A program made the position numbers and the translations under genes. 64,000 nt of DNA from contig OZ024744.1 in the NCBI GenBank assembly GCA_964016885.1, forward strand, positions 105,462,001-105,526,000, read 5' to 3'. Shown one piece after another: positions 41,701 to 56,300 of the stretch. This stretch comes from Eledone cirrhosa. Its lineage: Eukaryota. The stretch's first letter is position 1, and the number at the start of each line of letters is the position of its first letter. The notes under the pieces are model-generated. The model did not search any database, was not told the origin of the DNA, and was given only the letters and a program-made list of their open reading frames with translations.

Positions 41701-43612
41701 GTCTGTGTGTACGGTTGTATTCCGTCTATGACTAGTCTGTGTGTACGGTTCTATGCCGTCTATGACTAGTCTGTGTCTAGGGTTGTATGCCGTCTATGAC
41801 TAGTCTGTGTGTACGGTTGTATGCCGTCTATGACTAGTCTGTGTATACGGTTGTATGCCGTCTATGACTAGTCTGTGTCTACGGTTGTATGCCGTCTATG
41901 ACTAGTCTGTGTCTACAGTTGTATGCCGTCTATGACTAGTCTGTGTCTACGGTTGTATGCCGTCTATGACTAGTCTGTGTCTACAGTTGTATGCCGTCTC
42001 TGACTAGTCTGTGTCTACGGTTGTATGCCGTCTATGACTAGTCTGTGTCTACGGTTGTATTCCGTCTATGACTAGTCTGTGTCTACGGTTGTATGCCGTC
42101 TATGACTAGTCTGTGTCTACGGTTGTATGCCGTCTATGACTAGTCTGTGTCTACGGTTGTATGCCGTCTATGTCTAGTCTGAGTCTACGGTTGTAGGCAG
42201 TCTATGACTAGTCTGTGTCTACGGTTGTATGCCGTCTATGACTAGTCTGTGTCTACGGTTGTATGCCGTCTATGACTAGTGTGTGTCTACAGTTGTATGC
42301 CGTCTATGACTAGTCTGTGTCTACTGTTGTATGCAGTCTATGACTAGTCTGTGTCTACGGTTGTATGCCGTCTATGACTAGTCTGTGTCTACGGTTGTAT
42401 GCCATCTATGACTAGTCTGTGTGTACGGTTGTATGCCGTCTATGACTAGTCTGTGTCTACGGTTGTATGCCGTCTATGACTAGTCTGTGTCTACGGTTGT
42501 ATGCCGTCTATGACTAGTCTGTGTGTAATGTTGTATGCCGTCTATGACTAGTCTGTGTCTACGGTTGTATGCCGTCTATGACTAGTCTGTGTCTACGCTT
42601 GTATGCCGTCTATGACTAGAATGTGTCTACGGCTGTATGCCATCTATGACTAGTCTGTGTGTAATGTTGTATGCCGTCTATGACTAGTCTGTGTCTACGC
42701 TTGTATGCCGTCTATGACTAGTCTGTGTGTACGGTTGTATGCCGTCTATGACTAGTCTGTGTCTACGGTTGTATGCCGTCTATGACTAGTCTGTGTCTAC
42801 GGTTGTATGCCCTCTTTGACTAGTCTGTGTCTACGGTTGTATGCCGTCTATGACTAGTCTGTGTCTACTGTTGTATGCAGTCTATGACTAGTCTGTGTCT
42901 ACGGTTGTATGCCGTCTATGACTAGTCTGTGTCTACGGTTGTATGCTGTCTATGACTAGTCTGTGTCTACGGTTGTATGCCGTATATGACTAGTCTGTGT
43001 CTACGGTTGTATGCCGTCTATGACTAGTCTGTGTCTACGGTTGTATGCCGTCTATGTCTAGTCTGAGTCTACGGTTGTAGGCAGTCTATGACTAGTCTGT
43101 GTCTACGGTTGTATGCCGTCTATGACTAGTCTGTGTCTACGGTTGTATGCCGTCTATGACTAGTGTGTGTCTACAGTTGTATGCCGTCTATGACTAGTCT
43201 GTGTCTACAGTTGTATGCCGTCTATGACTAGTCTGTGTCTACGGTTGTATGCCGTCTATGACTAGTCTGTGTCTATGGTTGTATGCCGTCTATGACTATT
43301 CTGTGTCAACGGTTGTATGCTGTCTATGACTAGTCTGTGTGTACGGTTGTATGCAGTCTATGACTAGTCTGTGTCTACTGTTGTATGCCGTCTGTGACTA
43401 GTCTGTGTGTACGGTTGTATGCAGTCTATGACTAGTCTGTGTCTACGGTTGTATGCCGTCTATGGCTAGTCTGTGTGTACGGTTGTATGCCGTCTATGAC
43501 TAGTCTGTGTCTACAGTTGTATGCCGTCTATGACTAGTCTGTGTCTACAGTTGTATGCTGTCTGTGACTAGTCTGTGTCTACGGTTGTATGCCGTCTATG
43601 ACTAGTCTGTGT
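19916..43612. repeat. Near-perfect tandem duplication of 11,849 bp (copy 1 ~19916-31763, copy 2 ~31765-43612)
   Basis: Constant offset 11849 for all markers checked: gactatt 21125/32974, 24688/36537, 31445/43294; gtctaaagtt 21442/33291; cttgaatg 24060/35909; tgcctggtgt 26992/38841; tagtccttgt 29172/41021. Confidence 0.93.
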
Positions 43613-46600
43613 CTACAGTTGTATGCCGTCTATGACTAGTTTGTGTCTACTGTTGTATACCGTCTATGACTAGTCTGTGTCTACGGTTGTATGCAGTCTA
43701 TGACTAGTCTGTGTCTACGGTTGTATGCCGTCTATGATTAGTCTGTGTCTACGGTTGTATGCCGTCTATGACTAGTCAGTGTCTACAGTTGTATGCCGTC
43801 TATGACTAGTCTGTGTCTTCGGTTGTATGCCGTCTATGACTAGTCAGTCTACGGTTGTATGCCGTCTATGACTAGTCTGTGTCTACAGTTGTATGCCGTC
43901 TATGACTAGTCTGTGTCTACGGTTGTATGCCGTCTATGACTATTCTGTGTCTATGGTTGAATGCCGTCTATGACTAGTCTGTGTCTACGGTTGTATGCCG
44001 TTATGACTAGTCTGATCCACGGTTGTATGCCGTCTATGACTAGTCTGATCCACTGTTGTATGCCGTCTATGACTAGTCTGTGTCTTCAGTTGTATGCCGT
44101 TTATGAGTAGTCTGTGTGTACGGTTGTATGCCGTCTATGACTAGTCTGTGTCTACGGTTGTATGCCGTCTATGACTAGTCTGTGTCTACGGTTGTATGCC
44201 GTCTATGACTAGTCTGTGTCTACGGTTGTATGCAGTCTATGACTAGTCTGTGTGTTCGGTTGTATGCCGTCTATGACTAGTCTGAATCTACGGTTGTATG
44301 CAGTCTATGACTAGTCTGTGTCTACAGTTGTATGCCGTTTATGACTAGTCTGTGTGTACGGTTGTATGCCGTCTATGACTAGTTTGTGTCTACAGTTGTA
44401 TGCCGTCTATGACTAGTCTGTGTCTACAGTTGTATACCGTCTATGACTTGTCTATGTCTACAGTTGTATGCCGTCTATCACTAGTCTGTGTCTACGGTTG
44501 TATGCCGTCTATGACTAGTCTGTGTCTACGGTTGTATGCCGTCTATGACTAGTCTGTGTCTACGGTTGTATGCTGTCTATGACTAGTCTGTGTCCACTGC
44601 TGTATGCAGTCTATGACTAGTCTGTGTCTACGGTTGTATGCAGGCTATGACTAGTCTGTGTCTACGGTTGTATGCCGTCTATGACTAGTCTGTTTGTACG
44701 GTTGTATGCCGTCTATGACTAGTCTTTGTGTACGGTTGTATGCCGTCTATGACTAGTCTGTGTGTACGGTTGAATGCCGTCTATGACTAGTCTGTGTCTA
44801 CGGTTGTATGCCGTCTATGACTAGTCTGTGTGTACGGTTGTATGCCGTCTATGACTAGTCTGTGTCTACGGTTGTATGCCGTCTGTGACTAGTCTGATCC
44901 ACGGTTGTATGCCGTCTATGACTAGTCTGATCCACGGTTGTATGCCGTCTATGACTAGTCTGTGTCTACGGTTGTATGCAGTCTATGACTAGTCAGTGTC
45001 TACGGTTGTATGGCGTCTATGACTAGTCTGTGTCTACGGTTGTATGCCATATATGACTAGTCTGTGTCTACAGTTGTATGCCATCTATGACTAGTCTGTG
45101 TCAACAGTTGTATACTGTCTATGACTAGTCTGTGTCTACGGTTGTATGCCGTCTATGACTAGTCTGTGTGTACGGTTCTATGCCGTCTATGACTAGTCTG
45201 TGTGTACGGTTGTATGCCGTCTATGACTAGTCTGTGTGTACGGTTGTATGCCGTCTATTACTAGTCTGTGTGTACGGTTGTATGCCGTCTATGACTAGTC
45301 TGAGTCTACGGATGTATGCCGTCTATGACTAGTCTGTGTGTACGGTTCTATGCCGGCTATGACTAGTCTGTGTCTAGGGTTGTATGCAGTCTATGACTAG
45401 TCTGTGTGTACGGTTGTATGCCGTCTATGACTAGTCTGTGTATACGGTTGTATGCCGTCTGTGACTAGTCTGTGTCTACGGTTGTATGCCGTCTATGACT
45501 AGTCTGTGTCTACAGTTGTATGCCGTCTATGACTAGTCTGTGTCTACGGTTGTATGCTGTCTATGACTAGTCTGTGTCTACAGTTGTATGCCGTCACTGA
45601 CTAGTCTGTGTCTACGGTTGTATGCCGTCTATGACTAGTCTGTGTCTACGGTTGTATGCCGTCTATGACTAGTCTGTGTCTACGGTTGTATGCCGTCTAT
45701 GACTAGTCTGTGTCTACAGTTGTATGCCGTCTATGACTAGTCTGTGTCTACGGTTGTATGCCGTCTATGACTAGTCTGTGTCTACAGATTTATGCCGTCT
45801 CTGACTGTCTGTGTCTACGGTTGTATGCCGTCTATGCCTGGTCTGTGTCTACGGTTGTATGCCGTCTATGACTAGTCTGTGTCTACAGTTGTATGCCGTC
45901 TATGACTAGTCTGTGTCTACGGTTGTATGCTGTCTATGACTAGTCTGTGTCTACTGCTGTATGCAGTCTATGACTAGTCAGTGTCTACGGTTGTATGCAG
46001 GCTATGACTAGTCTGTGTCTACGGTTGTATGCCGTCTATGACTAGTCTGTGTGTACGGTTGTATGCCGTCTATGACTAGTCTTTGTGTACGGTTGTATGC
46101 CGTCTATGACTAGTCTGTGTGTACGGTTGAATGCCGTCTATGACTAGTCTGTGTCTACGGTTGTATGCCGTCTATGACTAGTCTGTGTGTACGGTTGTAT
46201 GCCGTCTATGACTAGTCTGTGTCTACGGTTGTATGCCGTCTATGACTAGTCTGTGTGTACGGTTGTATGCCGTCTTTGACTAGTCTGTGTGTAAGGTTGT
46301 ATGCCGTCTATGACTAGTCTGAGTCTACGGTTGTATGCCGTCTATGACTAGTCTGTGTGTACGGTTCTATGCCGTCTATGACTAGTCTGTGTCTAGGGTT
46401 GTATGCCGTCTATGACTAGTCTGTGTCTACAGTTGTATGCCGTCTATGACTAGTCTGTGTCTAGGGTTTTATGCCGTCTATGACTAGTCTGTGTCTACAG
46501 TTGTATGCCTTCTCTGACTTGTCTGTGTCTACGGTTGTATGCCGTCTATGACTAGTCTGTGTCTACGGTTGTATGCCGGCTATGACTAGTCTGTGTCTAC

Positions 46601-49600
46601 AGTTGTATGCCGTCTATGACTAGTCTGTGTCTACGGTTGTATGCCGTCTATGACTAGTCTTTGTCTACGGTTGTATGCCGTCTATGACTAGTCTGTGTCT
46701 ACAGTTTTATGCCGTCTCTGACTAGTCTGTGTCTACGGTTGTATGCCGTCTATGACTGGTCTGTGTCTACGGTTGTATGCCGTCTATGACTAGTCTGTGT
46801 CTACGGTTGTATGCCGTCTATGACTAGTCTGTGTCTACAGTTGTATGCCGTCTTTGACTAGTCTGTGTCTACGGTTGTATGCCGTCTATGACTAGTCTGA
46901 GTCTACGGTTGTATGCCGTCTATGACTAGTCTGTGTGTACGGTTGTATGCCGTCTATGACTAGTCTGTGTGTACGGTTGTATGCCGTCTATGACTAGTCT
47001 GTGTGTACGGTTGTATGCCGTCTATGACTAGTCTGTGTGTACGGTTGTATGCCGTCTATGAGTAGTCTGTGTGTACGGTTGTATGCCGTCTATGACTAGT
47101 CTGAGTCTACGGTTGTATGCCGTCTATGACTAGTCTGTGTGTACGGTTCTATGCCGTCTATGACTAGTCTGTGTCTAGGGTTGTATGCCGTCTATGACTA
47201 GTCTGTGTGTACGGTTGTATTCCGTCTATGACTAGTCTGTGTGTACGGTTCTATGCCGTCTATGACTAGTCTGTGTCTAGGGTTGTATGCCGTCTATGAC
47301 TAGTCTGTGTGTACGGTTGTATGCCGTCTATGACTAGTCTGTGTATACGGTTGTATGCCGTCTATGACTAGTCTGTGTCTACGGTTGTATGCCGTCTATG
47401 ACTAGTCTGTGTCTACAGTTGTATGCCGTCTATGACTAGTCTGTGTCTACGGTTGTATGCCGTCTATGACTAGTCTGTGTCTACAGTTGTATGCCGTCTC
47501 TGACTAGTCTGTGTCTACGGTTGTATGCCGTCTATGACTAGTCTGTGTCTACGGTTGTATTCCGTCTATGACTAGTCTGTGTCTACGGTTGTATGCCGTC
47601 TATGACTAGTCTGTGTCTACGGTTGTATGCCGTCTATGACTAGTCTGTGTCTACGGTTGTATGCCGTCTATGTCTAGTCTGAGTCTACGGTTGTAGGCAG
47701 TCTATGACTAGTCTGTGTCTACGGTTGTATGCCGTCTATGACTAGTCTGTGTCTACGGTTGTATGCCGTCTATGACTAGTGTGTGTCTACAGTTGTATGC
47801 CGTCTATGACTAGTCTGTGTCTACTGTTGTATGCAGTCTATGACTAGTCTGTGTCTACGGTTGTATGCCGTCTATGACTAGTCTGTGTCTACGGTTGTAT
47901 GCCATCTATGACTAGTCTGTGTGTACGGTTGTATGCCGTCTATGACTAGTCTGTGTCTACGGTTGTATGCCGTCTATGACTAGTCTGTGTGTAATGTTGT
48001 ATGCCGTCTATGACTAGTCTGTGTCTACGGTTGTATGCCGTCTATGACTAGTCTGTGTCTACGCTTGTATGCCGTCTATGACTAGAATGTGTCTACGGCT
48101 GTATGCCATCTATGACTAGTCTGTGTGTAATGTTGTATGCCGTCTATGACTAGTCTGTGTCTACGCTTGTATGCCGTCTATGACTAGTCTGTGTGTACGG
48201 TTGTATGCCGTCTATGACTAGTCTGTGTCTACGGTTGTATGCCGTCTATGACTAGTCTGTGTCTACGGTTGTATGCCCTCTTTGACTAGTCTGTGTCTAC
48301 GGTTGTATGCCGTCTATGACTAGTCTGTGTCTACTGTTGTATGCAGTCTATGACTAGTCTGTGTCTACGGTTGTATGCCGTCTATGACTAGTCTGTGTCT
48401 ACGGTTGTATGCTGTCTATGACTAGTCTGTGTCTACGGTTGTATGCCGTCTATGACTAGTCTGTGTCTACGGTTGTATGCCGTCTATGACTAGTCTGTGT
48501 CTACGGTTGTATGCCGTCTATGTCTAGTCTGAGTCTACGGTTGTAGGCAGTCTATGACTAGTCTGTGTCTACGGTTGTATGCCGTCTATGACTAGTCTGT
48601 GTCTACGGTTGTATGCCGTCTATGACTAGTGTGTGTCTACAGTTGTATGCCGTCTATGACTAGTCTGTGTCTACAGTTGTATGCCGTCTATGACTAGTCT
48701 GTGTCTACGGTTGTATGCCGTCTATGACTAGTCTGTGTCTATGGTTGTATGCCGTCTATGACTATTCTGTGTCAACGGTTGTATGCTGTCTATGACTAGT
48801 CTGTGTGTACGGTTGTATGCAGTCTATGACTAGTCTGTGTCTACTGTTGTATGCCGTCTGTGACTAGTCTGTGTGTACGGTTGTATGCAGTCTATGACTA
48901 GTCTGTGTCTACGGTTGTATGCCGTCTATGGCTAGTCTGTGTGTACGGTTGTATGCCGTCTATGACTAGTCTGTGTCTACAGTTGTATGCCGTCTATGAC
49001 TAGTCTGTGTCTACAGTTGTATGCTGTCTGTGACTAGTCTGTGTCTACGGTTGTATGCCGTCTATGACTAGTCTGTGTCTACAGTTGTATGCCGTCTATG
49101 ACTAGTTTGTGTCTACTGTTGTATACCGTCTATGACTAGTCTGTGTCTACGGTTGTATGCAGTCTATGACTAGTCTGTGTCTACGGTTGTATGCCGTCTA
49201 TGATTAGTCTGTGTCTACGGTTGTATGCCGTCTATGACTAGTCAGTGTCTACAGTTGTATGCCGTCTATGACTAGTCTGTGTCTTCGGTTGTATGCCGTC
49301 TATGACTAGTCAGTCTACGGTTGTATGCCGTCTATGACTAGTCTGTGTCTACAGTTGTATGCCGTCTATGACTAGTCTGTGTCTACGGTTGTATGCCGTC
49401 TATGACTATTCTGTGTCTATGGTTGAATGCCGTCTATGACTAGTCTGTGTCTACGGTTGTATGCCGTTATGACTAGTCTGATCCACGGTTGTATGCCGTC
49501 TATGACTAGTCTGATCCACTGTTGTATGCCGTCTATGACTAGTCTGTGTCTTCAGTTGTATGCCGTTTATGAGTAGTCTGTGTGTACGGTTGTATGCCGT

Positions 49601-52365
49601 CTATGACTAGTCTGTGTCTACGGTTGTATGCCGTCTATGACTAGTCTGTGTCTACGGTTGTATGCCGTCTATGACTAGTCTGTGTCTACGGTTGTATGCA
49701 GTCTATGACTAGTCTGTGTGTTCGGTTGTATGCCGTCTATGACTAGTCTGAATCTACGGTTGTATGCAGTCTATGACTAGTCTGTGTCTACAGTTGTATG
49801 CCGTTTATGACTAGTCTGTGTGTACGGTTGTATGCCGTCTATGACTAGTTTGTGTCTACAGTTGTATGCCGTCTATGACTAGTCTGTGTCTACAGTTGTA
49901 TACCGTCTATGACTTGTCTATGTCTACAGTTGTATGCCGTCTATCACTAGTCTGTGTCTACGGTTGTATGCCGTCTATGACTAGTCTGTGTCTACGGTTG
50001 TATGCCGTCTATGACTAGTCTGTGTCTACGGTTGTATGCTGTCTATGACTAGTCTGTGTCCACTGCTGTATGCAGTCTATGACTAGTCTGTGTCTACGGT
50101 TGTATGCAGGCTATGACTAGTCTGTGTCTACGGTTGTATGCCGTCTATGACTAGTCTGTTTGTACGGTTGTATGCCGTCTATGACTAGTCTTTGTGTACG
50201 GTTGTATGCCGTCTATGACTAGTCTGTGTGTACGGTTGAATGCCGTCTATGACTAGTCTGTGTCTACGGTTGTATGCCGTCTATGACTAGTCTGTGTGTA
50301 CGGTTGTATGCCGTCTATGACTAGTCTGTGTCTACGGTTGTATGCCGTCTGTGACTAGTCTGATCCACGGTTGTATGCCGTCTATGACTAGTCTGATCCA
50401 CGGTTGTATGCCGTCTATGACTAGTCTGTGTCTACGGTTGTATGCAGTCTATGACTAGTCAGTGTCTACGGTTGTATGGCGTCTATGACTAGTCTGTGTC
50501 TACGGTTGTATGCCATATATGACTAGTCTGTGTCTACAGTTGTATGCCATCTATGACTAGTCTGTGTCAACAGTTGTATACTGTCTATGACTAGTCTGTG
50601 TCTACGGTTGTATGCCGTCTATGACTAGTCTGTGTGTACGGTTCTATGCCGTCTATGACTAGTCTGTGTGTACGGTTGTATGCCGTCTATGACTAGTCTG
50701 TGTGTACGGTTGTATGCCGTCTATTACTAGTCTGTGTGTACGGTTGTATGCCGTCTATGACTAGTCTGAGTCTACGGATGTATGCCGTCTATGACTAGTC
50801 TGTGTGTACGGTTCTATGCCGGCTATGACTAGTCTGTGTCTAGGGTTGTATGCAGTCTATGACTAGTCTGTGTGTACGGTTGTATGCCGTCTATGACTAG
50901 TCTGTGTATACGGTTGTATGCCGTCTGTGACTAGTCTGTGTCTACGGTTGTATGCCGTCTATGACTAGTCTGTGTCTACAGTTGTATGCCGTCTATGACT
51001 AGTCTGTGTCTACGGTTGTATGCTGTCTATGACTAGTCTGTGTCTACAGTTGTATGCCGTCACTGACTAGTCTGTGTCTACGGTTGTATGCCGTCTATGA
51101 CTAGTCTGTGTCTACGGTTGTATGCCGTCTATGACTAGTCTGTGTCTACGGTTGTATGCCGTCTATGACTAGTCTGTGTCTACAGTTGTATGCCGTCTAT
51201 GACTAGTCTGTGTCTACGGTTGTATGCCGTCTATGACTAGTCTGTGTCTACAGATTTATGCCGTCTCTGACTGTCTGTGTCTACGGTTGTATGCCGTCTA
51301 TGCCTGGTCTGTGTCTACGGTTGTATGCCGTCTATGACTAGTCTGTGTCTACAGTTGTATGCCGTCTATGACTAGTCTGTGTCTACGGTTGTATGCTGTC
51401 TATGACTAGTCTGTGTCTACTGCTGTATGCAGTCTATGACTAGTCAGTGTCTACGGTTGTATGCAGGCTATGACTAGTCTGTGTCTACGGTTGTATGCCG
51501 TCTATGACTAGTCTGTGTGTACGGTTGTATGCCGTCTATGACTAGTCTTTGTGTACGGTTGTATGCCGTCTATGACTAGTCTGTGTGTACGGTTGAATGC
51601 CGTCTATGACTAGTCTGTGTCTACGGTTGTATGCCGTCTATGACTAGTCTGTGTGTACGGTTGTATGCCGTCTATGACTAGTCTGTGTCTACGGTTGTAT
51701 GCCGTCTATGACTAGTCTGTGTGTACGGTTGTATGCCGTCTTTGACTAGTCTGTGTGTAAGGTTGTATGCCGTCTATGACTAGTCTGAGTCTACGGTTGT
51801 ATGCCGTCTATGACTAGTCTGTGTGTACGGTTCTATGCCGTCTATGACTAGTCTGTGTCTAGGGTTGTATGCCGTCTATGACTAGTCTGTGTCTACAGTT
51901 GTATGCCGTCTATGACTAGTCTGTGTCTAGGGTTTTATGCCGTCTATGACTAGTCTGTGTCTACAGTTGTATGCCTTCTCTGACTTGTCTGTGTCTACGG
52001 TTGTATGCCGTCTATGACTAGTCTGTGTCTACGGTTGTATGCCGGCTATGACTAGTCTGTGTCTACAGTTGTATGCCGTCTATGACTAGTCTGTGTCTAC
52101 GGTTGTATGCCGTCTATGACTAGTCTTTGTCTACGGTTGTATGCCGTCTATGACTAGTCTGTGTCTACAGTTTTATGCCGTCTCTGACTAGTCTGTGTCT
52201 ACGGTTGTATGCCGTCTATGACTGGTCTGTGTCTACGGTTGTATGCCGTCTATGACTAGTCTGTGTCTACGGTTGTATGCCGTCTATGACTAGTCTGTGT
52301 CTACAGTTGTATGCCGTCTTTGACTAGTCTGTGTCTACGGTTGTATGCCGTCTATGACTAGTCTG
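41435..52365. repeat. Tandem duplication of ~5,466 bp (copy 1 ~41435-46899, copy 2 ~46901-52365)
   Basis: Offset 5466: gactatt 43294/48760; cagtctacgg 43845/49311; tgtccactgc 44591/50057; tctttgac 46851/52317. Offset is 5500 near the start (agtagt 41561/47061) because of a one-monomer gain and a later one-monomer loss. Confidence 0.88.
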
Positions 52366-53399
52366 TGTCTACGGTTGTATGCAGTCTATGACTAGTCTGA
52401 GTCTACGGTTGTATGCAGTCTAAGACTAGTCTGTGTCTACAGTTGTATGCCGTTTATGACTAGTCTATGTGTACGGTTGTATGCCGTCTATGACTAGCCT
52501 GTGTCTACATTTGTATGCCGTCTATGACTAGTCTGTGTCTACAGTTGTATGCCGTCTATGACTAGTCTGTGTCTACGGTTGTATGCCGTCTATGTCTAGT
52601 CTGAGTCTACGGTTGTAGGCAGTCTATGACTAGTCTGTGTCTACTGTTGTATGCCGTCTGTGACTAGTCTGTGTGTACGGTTGAATGCCGTCTATGACTA
52701 GTCTGTGTCTACGGTTGTATGCCGTCTATGACTAGTCTGTGTCTACGGTTGTATGCCGTCTATGACTAGTCTGTGTCTACGGTTGTATGCCGTCTATGAC
52801 TAGTCTGTGTCTACGGTTGTATGCTGTCTATGACTAGTCTGTGTCTACTGCTGTATGCAGTCTATGACTAGTCTGTGTCTACGGTTGTATGCAGGCTATG
52901 ACTAGTCTGTGTCTACTGTTGTATGCCGTCTATGACTAGTCTGTGTGTACGGTTGTATGCCGTCTATGACTAGTCCTTGTGTACGGTTGTATGCCGTCTA
53001 TGACTAGTCTCTGTGTACGGTTGAATGCCGTCTATGACTAGTCTGTGTCTACGGTTGTATGCCGTCTATGACTAGTCTGTGTGTACGGTTGTATGCCGTC
53101 TATGACTAGTCTGTGTCTACGGTTGTATGCCGTCTATGACTAGTCTGTGTCTACGGTTGTATGCCGTCTATGACTAGTCTGATCCACTGTTGTATGCCGT
53201 CTATGACTAGTCTGTGTCTACGGTTGTATGCAGTCTATGACTAGTCAGTGTCTACGATTGTATGGCGTCTATGACTAGTCTGTGTCTACCGTTGTATGCC
53301 ATCTATGACTAGTCTGTGTCTACAGTTGTATGCCATCTATGACTAGTCTGTGTCAACAGTTGTATACCGTCTATGACTAGTCTGTGTCTACGGTTGTAT

Positions 53400-56300
53400 G
53401 CCGTCTATGACTAGTCTGTGTGTACGGTTGTATGCCGTCTATGACTAGTCTGTGTGTACGGTTGTATGCCGTCTATGACTAGTCTGTGTGTACGGTTGTA
53501 TGCCGTCTATGAGTAGTCTGTGTGTACGGTTGTATGCCGTCTATGACTAGTCTGAGTCTACGGTTGTATGCCGTCTATGACTAGTCTGTGTGTACGGTTC
53601 TATGCCGTCTATGACTAGTCTGTGTCTAGGGTTGTATGCCGTCTATGACTAGTCTGTGTGTACGGTTGTATTCCGTCTATGACTAGTCTGTGTGTACGGT
53701 TCTATGCCGTCTATGACTAGTCTGTGTCTAGGGTTGTATGCCGTCTATGACTAGTCTGTGTGTACGGTTGTATGCCGTCTATGACTAGTCTGTGTATACG
53801 GTTGTATGCCGTCTATGACTAGTCTGTGTCTACGGTTGTATGCCGTCTATGACTAGTCTGTGTCTACAGTTGTATGCCGTCTATGACTAGTCTGTGTCTA
53901 CGGTTGTATGCCGTCTATGACTAGTCTGTGTCTACAGTTGTATGCCGTCTCTGACTAGTCTGTGTCTACGGTTGTATGCCGTCTATGACTAGTCTGTGTC
54001 TACGGTTGTATTCCGTCTATGACTAGTCTGTGTCTACGGTTGTATGCCGTCTATGACTAGTCTGTGTCTACGGTTGTATGCCGTCTATGACTAGTCTGTG
54101 TCTACGGTTGTATGCCGTCTATGTCTAGTCTGAGTCTACGGTTGTAGGCAGTCTATGACTAGTCTGTGTCTACGGTTGTATGCCGTCTATGACTAGTCTG
54201 TGTCTACGGTTGTATGCCGTCTATGACTAGTGTGTGTCTACAGTTGTATGCCGTCTATGACTAGTCTGTGTCTACTGTTGTATGCAGTCTATGACTAGTC
54301 TGTGTCTACGGTTGTATGCCGTCTATGACTAGTCTGTGTCTACGGTTGTATGCCATCTATGACTAGTCTGTGTGTACGGTTGTATGCCGTCTATGACTAG
54401 TCTGTGTCTACGGTTGTATGCCGTCTATGACTAGTCTGTGTGTAATGTTGTATGCCGTCTATGACTAGTCTGTGTCTACGGTTGTATGCCGTCTATGACT
54501 AGTCTGTGTCTACGCTTGTATGCCGTCTATGACTAGAATGTGTCTACGGCTGTATGCCATCTATGACTAGTCTGTGTGTAATGTTGTATGCCGTCTATGA
54601 CTAGTCTGTGTCTACGCTTGTATGCCGTCTATGACTAGTCTGTGTGTACGGTTGTATGCCGTCTATGACTAGTCTGTGTCTACGGTTGTATGCCGTCTAT
54701 GACTAGTCTGTGTCTACGGTTGTATGCCCTCTTTGACTAGTCTGTGTCTACGGTTGTATGCCGTCTATGACTAGTCTGTGTCTACTGTTGTATGCAGTCT
54801 ATGACTAGTCTGTGTCTACGGTTGTATGCCGTCTATGACTAGTCTGTGTCTACGGTTGTATGCTGTCTATGACTAGTCTGTGTCTACGGTTGTATGCCGT
54901 CTATGACTAGTCTGTGTCTACGGTTGTATGCCGTCTATGACTAGTCTGTGTCTACGGTTGTATGCCGTCTATGTCTAGTCTGAGTCTACGGTTGTAGGCA
55001 GTCTATGACTAGTCTGTGTCTACGGTTGTATGCCGTCTATGACTAGTCTGTGTCTACGGTTGTATGCCGTCTATGACTAGTGTGTGTCTACAGTTGTATG
55101 CCGTCTATGACTAGTCTGTGTCTACAGTTGTATGCCGTCTATGACTAGTCTGTGTCTACGGTTGTATGCCGTCTATGACTAGTCTGTGTCTATGGTTGTA
55201 TGCCGTCTATGACTATTCTGTGTCAACGGTTGTATGCTGTCTATGACTAGTCTGTGTGTACGGTTGTATGCAGTCTATGACTAGTCTGTGTCTACTGTTG
55301 TATGCCGTCTGTGACTAGTCTGTGTGTACGGTTGTATGCAGTCTATGACTAGTCTGTGTCTACGGTTGTATGCCGTCTATGGCTAGTCTGTGTGTACGGT
55401 TGTATGCCGTCTATGACTAGTCTGTGTCTACAGTTGTATGCCGTCTATGACTAGTCTGTGTCTACAGTTGTATGCTGTCTGTGACTAGTCTGTGTCTACG
55501 GTTGTATGCCGTCTATGACTAGTCTGTGTCTACAGTTGTATGCCGTCTCTGACTAGTTTGTGTCTACTGTTGTATACCGTCTATGACTAGTCTGTGTCTA
55601 CGGTTGTATGCAGTCTATGACTAGTCTGTGTCTACGGTTGTATGCCGTCTATGATTAGTCTGTGTCTACGGTTGTATGCCGTCTATGACTAGTCAGTGTC
55701 TACAGTTGTATGCCGTCTATGACTAGTCTGTGTCTTCGGTTGTATGCCGTCTATGACTAGTCTGTCTACGGTTGTATGCCGTCTATGACTAGTCTGTGTC
55801 TACAGTTGTATGCCGTCTATGACTAGTCTGTGTCTACGGTTGTATGCCGTCTATGACTATTCTGTGTCTATGGTTGAATGCCGTCTATGACTAGTCTGTG
55901 TCTACGGTTGTATGCCGTTATGACTAGTCTGATCCACGGTTGTATGCCGTCTATGACTAGTCTGATCCACTGTTGTATGCCGTCTATGACTAGTCTGTGT
56001 CTTCAGTTGTATGCCGTTTATGAGTAGTCTGTGTGTACGGTTGTATGCCGTCTATGACTAGTCTGTGTCTACGGTTGTATGCCGTCTATGACTAGTCTGT
56101 GTCTACGGTTGTATGCCGTCTATGACTAGTCTGTGTCTACGGTTGTATGCAGTCTATGACTAGTCTGTGTGTTCGGTTGTATGCCGTCTATGACTAGTCT
56201 GAATCTACGGTTGTATGCAGTCTATGACTAGTCTGTGTCTACAGTTGTATGCCGTTTATGACTAGTCTGTGTGTACGGTTGTATGCCGTCTATGACTAGT

